From Candidatus Omnitrophota bacterium (GTDB taxonomy: Bacteria; Omnitrophota; Gorgyraeia; 2-01-FULL-45-10): a DNA stretch of 56,324 nucleotides. Below the pieces are notes generated by a model. It saw only the letters and a list, made by a program, of their open reading frames with translations. It did not search any database and had not been told where the DNA came from. Within the stretch, counting starts at the first letter, position 1. Each line of letters begins with the position of its first letter. Of the stretch, positions 29,101 to 34,699 are shown in pieces. The DNA lies in the NCBI GenBank assembly GCA_016929115.1, contig JAFGJL010000023.1:1-56324 (forward strand), read 5' to 3'. Position numbers and translations under genes: made by a program.

Positions 29101-30225
29101 AATACAGTCCACCTGATAAATGATCTCGACTCTTTGGCGGGCGACCTGGCGGCCGTCGTGAAGCCGGGCGGCATCGTAGCGTTCAACACCGGTTATTTCA
29201 GGGAGAACGAAAGCGAGCTCCGATACTTCCAGAGGTCTGCCATGGGCCGGATGGTCAGGGCCTTCAGGCGGGAAGGCAGGGACGATCTCATCAAGGCGCG
29301 CCAGCGGATAAAGATAAGGTCGGCGGAAGATTATAAGATAGCTCTGGAAAAGGCGGGATTCGAAATAGTTTCAATAGAGAGAAAGAAAACCGCGATAACG
29401 CTCGATGAGCTGGCGGCGTTTTATAAGAAGCCCTTGACAACCGACTACATCTCGCCTTCGATGAGCCCCCTGGACAGGCGGGGCCTTATCATAAAGCCGT
29501 TGCATGCGAAGATAGAAGAGATGAAACGCGAAGGAAAGGCATCGATAGAAGGGGAATGGCTCTATGTCGTCGCTAAGAACAAGACGAAAACAAAAGCGGA
29601 AAAACCGATCTTTGTCAGAAAGCTCACCGACGATAATGAGCTGATACAGAATGTGAAAGAGGCGATAGTGACCAGGTCGCTTACTAAGAAGGTCGTGCTT
29701 GCGTTCGACAAGGACCTGGCAGGGCTCCAGGGGGCAAAAGTGCTGGCGGTATTCAAGAGGCTGAAAGAACTGAAGGAGAACCCCGAATTTTCCAAGCTCC
29801 TCCCTGACTTCGAAATCGTAGGATTAGATTCCCCGGTCGAGAAACTGCCGGAAGAACTCCGGGAACATTTAGATAAGCAGGGCGTCGAGGTCTTCATGTT
29901 CGCCAGGGCCACTGAAAGAGCCAAGCTTTCCGCCGTTGAGCCAAAGACGCACGCCGCTTATATTGACGAAACTCAGTTCCAACTCTTTTCTTATGATACA
30001 TATTATCCTCTTATGGAGATAGTGACGATAGCATTGTCCCAAGCCATAGATCCGCGTACGATAGGCGAGGTCTCCCGCATAGCCGGTGAGCTTGGAATCG
30101 ATAAGCCCGCGATCGATGAAAGCGGCGCATTGTTATTTGTTCTATTGCCAAATGCCACGCCTATCAGGATAACCGATCCCATTAAGCAGTATGCTCTCCT
30201 TAAGCAGCTCCTCGTCAGCGCCTAA
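17104..30225 (+). CDS. Giant multidomain secreted/membrane protein (4373 aa): signal peptide, TMs, thermonuclease, UPF0489-like, HEAT repeats, wHTH-like, protein-kinase-like, class I SAM methyltransferase
   Basis: Uninterrupted 13.1 kb ORF; motifs DGDT/VRFIGIDTPE/DRYGRTLA, FDYHSD..SFDMDYF, IG.PAIP.LI.AL repeats, DWDVKPDN..DMG, VLEIGAGTG..KPGG. Confidence 0.9.
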   Translation: MRKSLTYIRPIALLLVITFLLQDIVWANPDIIQRNACSASTLAVPNRHTDIAGMELRVQNLLGFSFKYILESTDISKFNLRLMPDVDGTQLVLDFNEKHKEGEDWVVPCLATDEHGGSWRYEAVVAPDNKSFILRKPGEKTIPVIAPLEAGKIAAPDTIRKGETTEPDAEAVLTASLKEQIRKYFSHVSASLVLFAATSHDALAGVAENAGSGTLRALTIATLTILIIGIAAAITIIWRISYAKKSVRKRDDGDDAYTLGQVKRALNVYGIPSSRFLLGCINNDPEALEQLPDLSPQNNANQRRLYLAILTELKAAFPEADIGTGNIEDAAFIAFRKICDNEMSYDNPMSPKFFPTIINVPKAGLAPIMQSRFPYRGKIKGFSRKGPRPSGKGSMGAVDNRLLVAMAAVTALIAGSIAIGMAIRKISGEPSRPQLEAPREPVKPAAEKINALDLNVVKRVVDGDTVELEDGAKVRFIGIDTPESRMSPKLRKDAERSGQDTKTIMAMGKKAAEFTRKLVEGKKVRLEFDVERTDRYGRTLAYIYLEDGTFVNAEIIKQGYASVMTVPPNVRHADEFLKLYREARENSRGLWAPEPVPGQKPEKPPAGPLGIIIGMIRKREERGDRSKGRSKKKMSGGDGDASDSDKPLRQKELADMLAAGDPNTVLDNILEQGDDRMILAILEYASDAGIAAELVSKLDGRMAGLRTRTVGALLESLVREKEWLLAWEAVKRYKLDNVRHPVFEKIRAIYAKMPRDTVKSDRDSAGSGLSEKIRKKVIELRGLRHQLVQLASDLEVCEEEPYSFDISNDAYTRRSTVTTLIMVLKYLKKEEITKEVLREIDVCREALSRAAPLLKMTVEVQKFTEGMVGKEDALKAIAVRNMMKEMEQALKLCEKFVPGESPDMAAVSALHEDRNRRLAELIWDNKVYKIADGRVSALLYEKSEFGSFGERLRYLRHRLAQKIRIPFADLGIWWTVARRLKRIRQKDGVLEKMADSQKLDVSGLVTAEYSASGIRELLSRVAQIGNNILIVKDHFCLFDDGPIAHTRRGTSGRHTALWLGSKLFTHPDITDEDIALLMLEETKHILFPDAPHDKIRHSEELRKKLLRCSRGLGEIPSEKLCEADMSASKNKIGTDTNIPAAQKIPEVQVYLEHDRVFYQVTGALDAGKIPAGLPLIVFDYHSDNFETNPGNGIGPANWVSYAARSGAVGDIFWAYPPDDHSLLYRENDCFKDTDSDWKSLILRNLPLFGKGVILSFDMDYFARIEDAGQVGLLPEAGQVRRQILEVFRFLREKGIPVHLVNGAYSSPRHAPMSYNKEFSDALFEAVLENKGFGPGTPHIDQPMDDEKEEDPAEFNRKAFSLLGNVVRAELGEDFKGTYWAGGCDIEICKTVGGEWNVQGLDYESGKYNKRYKRDYDDPNKVKEAGFTPVSWDVMTLELPPAISLGSQDAALIKHPGGDYHSFREGLWYCVTASLREGGLLITDTPIPEEYTDVYERIVDLAGKDGVEEIEYIWDEGCPRKLKLKLYRRKTYPDVTRQLQLIDKAAVAPEDKIRVLTGFLGNYGHLEEVRRRLVDIGQPAIPHLVKALISCKDGFIRGIIVRILIESSHRSIIPTLIDCLGDEERLVKNSASQALVKFGLVAVPFLIEALPDDEMKVEMAYEERQEIRARSDRIEDVLKDIGSPAVPVMIDALKRKAGNESEERRCLSILYVLEKIGDKRAVGVLCEIGKNRSQSKAGEQMRLLAVRAFGKIGGKAALKTLREILFDDGEDADMKSRAATSYTSIEIPEAKSENIRLLIGLLASWEQNYVEPGERLVQIGEPAIPPLIAALRDKSNDKCMRLRIANLLGRIKDARAIPALTGFLLEQVSERDEPPVKKGGFLFFDDRGEFFPYIAKILVGFGPEAREAIPLLKKMLKDEDEEYRKAAEDALKNIEPQNTEGHATSAPPAGSPAECLRTIFCDSGLRTRTDISAKDLLGKRKKADGTAALSPRTIYKELEILKAVGILIKGTRPHTCQLRPELLNLPPPVNGSLHPTVEKLCGIKVRGIEWLRRYSVPPEAIRKLRAKIRGILPAPSGSNIVYGTDIEEFNEAKRVLLGHVPSTSKTKTEKIKFLAFWYNSLKALGVLKEALDKYKRKTRIAAEIISAIRDLKRYGILYEQITKKGGVEQKSVVGTIWHAATEIAKSENVRKFFTIIINYPDNCITLRFHFPRNRPFQRLGRLMARLRGLFKHRGIDTDIRAEDVDTDNTRGDIRIELNINIANLHSFWRALGTSGIKTNERGYYRAFTDEELIEKTEQRAKSLLDGIKDRKEREDFIAYVWGRGTEDAPGIIGILRDKNKYGCLRHITVETLRGGVETFQAAPGNKCSYSDLRLLGKYNPYFASYIPEDEGIIQRWIYLARGAGSVFETAYLKRLLKGRLDEDYMFFISEHTLGHQRNPRQGVRTEMSDLVLGGIKDFKSLKLAMMRRLRKSYYTRCEIRIAGKPGWVKFRKNRLREDEEGRRRESMPVYDRPGGGAKIIAWIERVKQNPASGKPVIESVKMTDQEERYLSSDEIEKIETVDGKGEATKGVGSENDIIIPYAANALYAQLRATPILNGLKYTDKNGKPIVPKVCIIDEVGHGSWDLFAAFVIEELSRKDMEDIDELRLREECARRLGREIRPPEDGHLSRITEEELGDWEDLENAIKDIRRKDDESVDVVNFIGRQGTGKILTRIIPGYPSLNEQKMMDDFGIGQKEARRAIKWVTDKAGIVPHPYMVDRSEGSALPVYYDYIPIRLESREIHIGAYLKAMLIYNGVIEYYKRGYKRWGVKILKGLVKSRSLPERVRLAALDAIGVFPYKETIDALCSIGKNKRLFDKAQDTALDVLEMIMDEAVVFGADRDIERVKDYQSLFHREALVRKISKKRAFPELKDAAGKILACIKDARERFIVVGIGFKDYDGLPIMERKRYRFARVNESLIYVVPIMSDTTEGAAKELDRLKQTLDAGAAILAPKDVVAQDGQGARIDRGYLAKLIGRENRKKKYGENGPESATPLIKSAVKDIRVDDFAERISWVLGNDEIAGKFYPSGKKISGITITGFSSKRGRDILDLSIEEEGGGATAFRLALYKKGYGLDTDIKDRYERLADRFVIMYRNFMLLDHGRDFDTVRIGLTDEITGLIMEAFRNHLEGEVFEFTQSGSDARVYKDASSKLVVKELVDQHRDVFRMPSPFYNSPMISYKLARQYLGHLTIRFALFENLKIKVKEKDGIVREKVIKNAVVQKFVQEFFKEGMWDPKANYRRYNGILADAISRGDMDTAKLLIEEYLINIRALIKRGIVDWDVKPDNYGYDPSVGHIGCLDMGKVVKWSDVNRDTTRIFLRNLQFTRDSVHDWAKSVLPAEKADELKKYFEDACRDVFRIRDDFSFDISKTVDELENQTSYGELDEDIKDLSGRTISGLPVCYAGYAKTREKAVGLIAAHLRDSGVDVDSLERLFARIGFSEASRRYDLTQYFGRSVASADIFYADFEDDDYCGIKVRKTGTAPTAAAVLARREYEGQPLTDEEYEAIVGEVCRILLRYYMPQQDVYNLLARVLNLDAAVFVNRRLSVEREFSKIDFSKLNENHKLLFRDLLGIDGSEITLEDAMVAFDKLRETRFYPWHIGLDNFSVRREGGGFRVEILSFDEFVRKCREAEAVMRMHDELGIKLSEVFDSLEPVLGPSGAAAFLEKLYFQSLNNFPLLEEVVPKRLQTLYEKKQGLLSGAYLEKKFPLAVVSPREERRISPHSAYVLLRSEFNGSWQSTAMIRLMVRGNGLRGLFPFDIVNRNLETLVYLGLAEREGEGAAAFYKAFEITGREFTDIVEPVLKRLGGAPTSVEKENARNELWIRGIRNLADREGRPLSAPRVPAKKARPDTAEAEREPAKSGGEVVQDWYRDVNRHLAKLSGVTSGSSVLEIGAGTGISTAIIMEQLQYKGDIIALEPNPAHLRFTQMAMGDSRARFIQAAAEQVRDVVKEPVDASFLFNTVHLINDLDSLAGDLAAVVKPGGIVAFNTGYFRENESELRYFQRSAMGRMVRAFRREGRDDLIKARQRIKIRSAEDYKIALEKAGFEIVSIERKKTAITLDELAAFYKKPLTTDYISPSMSPLDRRGLIIKPLHAKIEEMKREGKASIEGEWLYVVAKNKTKTKAEKPIFVRKLTDDNELIQNVKEAIVTRSLTKKVVLAFDKDLAGLQGAKVLAVFKRLKELKENPEFSKLLPDFEIVGLDSPVEKLPEELREHLDKQGVEVFMFARATERAKLSAVEPKTHAAYIDETQFQLFSYDTYYPLMEIVTIALSQAIDPRTIGEVSRIAGELGIDKPAIDESGALLFVLLPNATPIRITDPIKQYALLKQLLVSA
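20494..20516. repeat. Degenerate REP-like palindrome copy in frame inside the giant gene
   Basis: AAAATAGGGACAGACACCAATAT, compared with AAAATAGGGACTGTCCC / GGGGACAGACCCTATTTT. Confidence 0.45.
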
Positions 30226-30257
30226 GCCTATACAGCATAATAATAATACAATACTAC

Positions 30258-30286
30258 TTGACATGGCGGCCTGCCTGTGCTATCTT
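30258..30286 (+). promoter_or_regulatory. sigma70 promoter
   Basis: TTGACA-N17-TATCTT with TGn extension. Confidence 0.7.
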
Positions 30287-30317
30287 TTATGTTAAGATTT
30301 CTAAAAAGGAGGAAACA

Positions 30318-31094
30318 ATGTTAAGGAAAATAGGCGTTCTTTTTGTCTTTACGGCCGTTCTCGGCCTTATGGCCGCGCCGGCGTTTGTCCAGGCCGCCGG
30401 ATCGAGCGATGAAATAGAGATGAAGGCCACGGTCACTACCCTCAAAGGCGATGTCATGATAACGCCGGCCGGTTCAACAGCGGCCCATCCGGCAAAAGCC
30501 GGTGAGGTCCTCGGCACAGGCGATAAGATAGAGACAGGTGCCGGAAGCATCGAGATAACCATGACCAACAACAACGTTATCATCCTTGGCGCCGAATCGA
30601 AGCTTGTGCTCACCTCCCTTAAATTGAACTACAAGACGAACGAATACGAGAACCTGATGGCCTGCGACTACGGAGAGGTGCGCGCCAAGGTAGAGAAACT
30701 GCGCGGCAAGTCCAAGTTCCAGGTCAAGACGCCTACAGCGATATGCGGCGTTAGAGGCACGACATTCTATATGGTGGTAAGCCCGACAGGCGAGACAAGG
30801 GTATTCGTCGCCGACGGGACTGTCGATATGACGAACCCGGCTACCGGCAATACGTTCGTTGTAGTCGCCGGCGAAGCGGCGCTTTCATCGGTTGATGGCA
30901 CGCTCACAGAGCTTACCGGCGAAGAGAAGGATGCCATCATAGCGGAGTATGAGGCGGTCGCGGGCGGCGAAATACCGGGCGAGATAGTAGTCCCCGAAGC
31001 GCCGAACCAGATCGACGATCCGCAGTCAATAACCGAGAACATGCCGACTCAGGAGGGCGGTGCGACACCGACTTCTCCGAGCCCGAGCGATTGA
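30318..31094 (+). CDS. Secreted FecR-domain protein
   Basis: RBS AGGAGG, signal peptide, GDKIETG, FQVKTPTAICGVRGTTF, V..G.V. Confidence 0.85.
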   Translation: MLRKIGVLFVFTAVLGLMAAPAFVQAAGSSDEIEMKATVTTLKGDVMITPAGSTAAHPAKAGEVLGTGDKIETGAGSIEITMTNNNVIILGAESKLVLTSLKLNYKTNEYENLMACDYGEVRAKVEKLRGKSKFQVKTPTAICGVRGTTFYMVVSPTGETRVFVADGTVDMTNPATGNTFVVVAGEAALSSVDGTLTELTGEEKDAIIAEYEAVAGGEIPGEIVVPEAPNQIDDPQSITENMPTQEGGATPTSPSPSD

Positions 31095-31172
31095 CTGACG
31101 GAGAAGCGGTCCCTGACTAAAGATTGAGTTGGCAAGGTAACTTGCATTTATCATTCATAATTTAAGGAGGAA

Positions 31173-32348
31173 GTGATGGACCGAAGACTGGTTTTGTTGT
31201 GTGCGGTCATATTTTTGGCTGTAGCGTTCGTATCTTATGCAAACGCACAACCGGGTGAAGGCATAAAATGCGGACAAGGGACGATACACATCATCGGTAA
31301 GGCCCAGGAACAGTACGATTCCAACATATTCCTTGACCCGAGCGGCGCGAAGGATGACTGGGTCACCACGCTTACTCCCGGGATGACGGTTGAATATCCG
31401 TTCGCGGGTGATAACCTGCTCAGGGCCGGTTACATAGTGGATTTTCTCATGTACGGCGAATACACCAAGCAGAACGCCATCAATCATACAGTCAACGCCG
31501 GCGTCGACATGCAGTTGCGGGATGTGAAGATATCGGTCGACGATGTGTTCAGGCATGTCTATGACCGTCCGGACACGGAATTCACCCAGCGCCTGACAAG
31601 GGATATCAATAACCTCGGCGTGAAAGCATCGGCCGAGTATAACAGGCTTGGCTATGAGCTGGGGTATAACAATATATACACCTATTACGAAACAGAGGGT
31701 TACCAATACGAGAACAGGTTCGACAACCTGATCAACGGCATCATAACATACAGGATATACACAAAGACGAAACTCCTCTTTGAATTCGATTACGGCAATA
31801 TCAATTACGTGAAGAAGATAAACTCGGACTCCAATTCTTACCAGGGATTGGTCGGCATAAGGGGTGAGCTCACCGCGAAGTGCACGGGCGAGATAAAGGC
31901 CGGCTGGCAATACCGAGATTATACAAGAGAGACGGAAAACGACTTTGACAGCCTGGTTACCATGGCCGGCCTGGAGGAGCGATTTACCGAGCGTGATACC
32001 CTTAAAATAAACTGGCTGCGTTCGCCGTTCGAGTCCCTATACACAGGCACGAACTACTACATCATGAACATGCTTAACGGAAGCTATATCCATAAGTTTA
32101 CCGAGAAGTTCTCGGGTAATGTAGGCGCCGGCTACCAGCTCGCGCAATACCCGACGGAGACCACGGAGGCCGCCGTTACGCAGAAAAGACTGGACAGCAC
32201 ATGGTCGGTGGGAGCAGGCGTCGAGTATGCGCCCCAGAAGTGGATAGTCTGCAAGGCCGGCTATGAATTCAGGCAGAGAGATTCCAATTTCGGTATTTAC
32301 AGTTGGGACGAAAATTTAGCGACTGCTTCAGTAAGCATGATCTATTGA
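31173..32348 (+). CDS. Outer membrane beta-barrel protein (EPS-associated)
   Basis: Signal peptide, YDSNIF, alternating beta strands, terminal aromatic residue; upstream of wza/wzc. Confidence 0.8.
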   Translation: MMDRRLVLLCAVIFLAVAFVSYANAQPGEGIKCGQGTIHIIGKAQEQYDSNIFLDPSGAKDDWVTTLTPGMTVEYPFAGDNLLRAGYIVDFLMYGEYTKQNAINHTVNAGVDMQLRDVKISVDDVFRHVYDRPDTEFTQRLTRDINNLGVKASAEYNRLGYELGYNNIYTYYETEGYQYENRFDNLINGIITYRIYTKTKLLFEFDYGNINYVKKINSDSNSYQGLVGIRGELTAKCTGEIKAGWQYRDYTRETENDFDSLVTMAGLEERFTERDTLKINWLRSPFESLYTGTNYYIMNMLNGSYIHKFTEKFSGNVGAGYQLAQYPTETTEAAVTQKRLDSTWSVGAGVEYAPQKWIVCKAGYEFRQRDSNFGIYSWDENLATASVSMIY

Positions 32349-32405
32349 TCCCGCCGTTTGGCTTTCCTGGCTAGATCAGTTCCAAATACGGAATGGAACC
32401 ATATA

Positions 32406-32975
32406 ATGCGTATACTATCGGTGATCATATCGGTTTTATCGGTCTTTTTGCTGGCAACTCCCGTCTTATGCGAAGAGTATAAGATAGAGACAGGCGACCT
32501 GCTGCACATCACCGTTTTTGAGCAGCCCGACATGGAGACGAAGGCCCGCGTCACGAAGGGCGAGATATCGTTCCCGCTTTTGGGCAACGTCAAGGTCGAG
32601 GGGCTTGCCATATCGGAACTCGAGAAGAAGCTCGAAGCATTATTAGAGAAGGACTATCTTGTAAACCCGCGGGTGAGCGTCAGGGTCGAGGAGTACCATC
32701 CCAAGAAAGTTTTCGTATTGGGTTCGGTCGATAAACCGGGGGCATACGATCTCTCGAAAGAGAAGCCGACGACAGTCCTTGAGGCGATAACGATGGCCGG
32801 CGGGTTTACCAAGACAGCCGCTGTCAATGATACTAAGATAATACGGAAAAAATCCGGCGGCCAGGAAGAGACTATAAAGGTAAGGATAACGGACATCACC
32901 CAGAAGGGCGATAAGGATAAGGACGTCCAGGTCCAGCCCAATGACGTCGTCTTCGTCCCCGAGAGCTTCTTCTGA
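32406..32975 (+). CDS. wza: Polysaccharide export protein (Poly_export + SLBB; Wza-like)
   Basis: YKIETGDLLHITVFEQP, G.ISFPLLG, VLGSV.KPG, LEAITMAGGF, NDVVFVPES. Confidence 0.88.
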   Translation: MRILSVIISVLSVFLLATPVLCEEYKIETGDLLHITVFEQPDMETKARVTKGEISFPLLGNVKVEGLAISELEKKLEALLEKDYLVNPRVSVRVEEYHPKKVFVLGSVDKPGAYDLSKEKPTTVLEAITMAGGFTKTAAVNDTKIIRKKSGGQEETIKVRITDITQKGDKDKDVQVQPNDVVFVPESFF

Positions 32976-32976
32976 T

Positions 32977-34650
32977 ATGGACACACCTATCCAGGAACGC
33001 GAGATTGAAATAAACCTCCAGGATTACCTGAGGATAATCCAGCGCAGGCGCTGGGCCATCTTCACTTTCTTTGTCGTCACCGTCTTCACCGTCACCATCG
33101 CCACATTCCTGATGGTCCCGATCTATCGCGCCACCTCGACCGTTTTGATCGACGAAGAGACTCCCGACGCCCTTTCAGTGAGGGATAACTTCGCGTTGGG
33201 CTCGTCCGGCTATATCGGATACAGGGAGTATTATCAGACGCAGCTTGAGATAATAAAGAGCAGGGCCATCGCCAAAGAAGTGTATTACGTCCTGCAGCTG
33301 GCCAATATCCCGGAATTCGCCGAGGCCAAGGATCCCATAGAGCTCTTCCTGAAAAAGCTGAAGGTCGAGCCCTCGAGGAATACGCGGCTGGTCTATATCC
33401 ATTTCGAGGATAAGGATAAAGAGATAGCAACTTCCGCGGTAAATAAGCTCGCGTCGGTCTATGCGGCGCGAAACCTCATCGCTATTTCAAAGAACGAGAA
33501 CGTCAACCTCATCAAGAACGAATACCTGAAACTGCAGTCGAAATACTCCGAGATGAACAAGATATACAAGGATAAGCATCCGCAGATGATCCGCCTGAAA
33601 CAAGAGATAGCCCAGATGGAAGAGAGGATGCGAAAAGAGCAGGAGGACCCGTTTAAGGCGACAGGCCTTAAATCGAACAATGTCAGGGTGATAGACGAGG
33701 CAGAGGTCCCCAAGAATCCCGTAAGGCCTAAAAAGGCGCAGAATATACTCATCGCGATGATAGCCGGGTTATTGGGCGGCGTCGGTTTGGCTTTTCTGGC
33801 AGATTATCTGGATAATACCGTCAAGACGGCCGATGATGTCGAGCGCCTCGCGAAGTTGCCGCTTCTTGGTTACGTTCCTACTATTGAATCAAAATACTCG
33901 GAGATAGAAAAAGACAAGTTCGTCCATCTGATGCCGAAATCCGCGGTGAGCGAGGGCTACCGCGCCATACGGACGAGCATCCTCTTCTCGAGCCCGGAAG
34001 AGCAGATGATACGTGATATCCTTGTAACGAGCGCCGGCCCGAAAGAAGGTAAATCCACAACCGTCTCCAATCTCGCCATCACCATGGCGTCAAGCGGTAA
34101 CACCGTCCTTCTCGTCGACGCCGATATGCGCAAGCCCAGGGTCCATACGATATTCAAAATAAAGAACGACGTGGGCTTGAGCAGTTTTCTCACAGGTAAG
34201 GCAGGCCTGGAAGAGGTGGTAAGAAAGACCGATGTCCCGAATCTCTCCATCGTCACCTGCGGCCATATCCCGCCGAACCCGTCCGAGCTTTTAGGCACAA
34301 AGCGCATGAAGGAATTCATAGAGCAGGCAAAGACAAAGTTCGACAGGATATTCTTTGACAGCCCGCCGCTCACCATAGTCACCGATAGCGTTGTCCTGTC
34401 CGGCATAATCGGCAATACCGTCGTCGTCATAAACAGCAAAAAGACCTCAAAGAGCGCGCTCCACCATTCAAAACAGCTCCTTACCAACGCGAGAGCCAAT
34501 GTCCTTGGCGTTGTCCTGAACAACCTCGTCATAGAGCGCGGGGACCATTACTACTCGCACCATTACTATTACAGCAAAGACGGAAGTTATTACGGCAAAG
34601 ATACGGATAAGGAAAAAATAGGGACTGTCCCCAGCGTGTCTAAAGCGTAG
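32977..34650 (+). CDS. wzc: Polysaccharide co-polymerase / BY-kinase (Wzc-like)
   Basis: Two TMs, Walker A GPKEGKST, VDADMRKP, DSPP, C-terminal Tyr cluster. Confidence 0.92.
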   Translation: MDTPIQEREIEINLQDYLRIIQRRRWAIFTFFVVTVFTVTIATFLMVPIYRATSTVLIDEETPDALSVRDNFALGSSGYIGYREYYQTQLEIIKSRAIAKEVYYVLQLANIPEFAEAKDPIELFLKKLKVEPSRNTRLVYIHFEDKDKEIATSAVNKLASVYAARNLIAISKNENVNLIKNEYLKLQSKYSEMNKIYKDKHPQMIRLKQEIAQMEERMRKEQEDPFKATGLKSNNVRVIDEAEVPKNPVRPKKAQNILIAMIAGLLGGVGLAFLADYLDNTVKTADDVERLAKLPLLGYVPTIESKYSEIEKDKFVHLMPKSAVSEGYRAIRTSILFSSPEEQMIRDILVTSAGPKEGKSTTVSNLAITMASSGNTVLLVDADMRKPRVHTIFKIKNDVGLSSFLTGKAGLEEVVRKTDVPNLSIVTCGHIPPNPSELLGTKRMKEFIEQAKTKFDRIFFDSPPLTIVTDSVVLSGIIGNTVVVINSKKTSKSALHHSKQLLTNARANVLGVVLNNLVIERGDHYYSHHYYYSKDGSYYGKDTDKEKIGTVPSVSKA

Positions 34651-34671
34651 GCGGGGACTGTCCCTATTTTT
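34613..34671. repeat. REP-like doublet (REPIN-like)
   Basis: AAAAATAGGGACTGTCCCC-N20-GGGGACTGTCCCTATTTTT inverted pair. Confidence 0.8.
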
Positions 34672-34699
34672 ATAAGAACCGCGTATTCCCGATTTCCCG

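Noticed and set aside
30235-30257. AATAATAATACAATACTAC low-complexity run after the giant gene
   Set aside because: Short AT-rich tract upstream of a promoter, with no partner or structure
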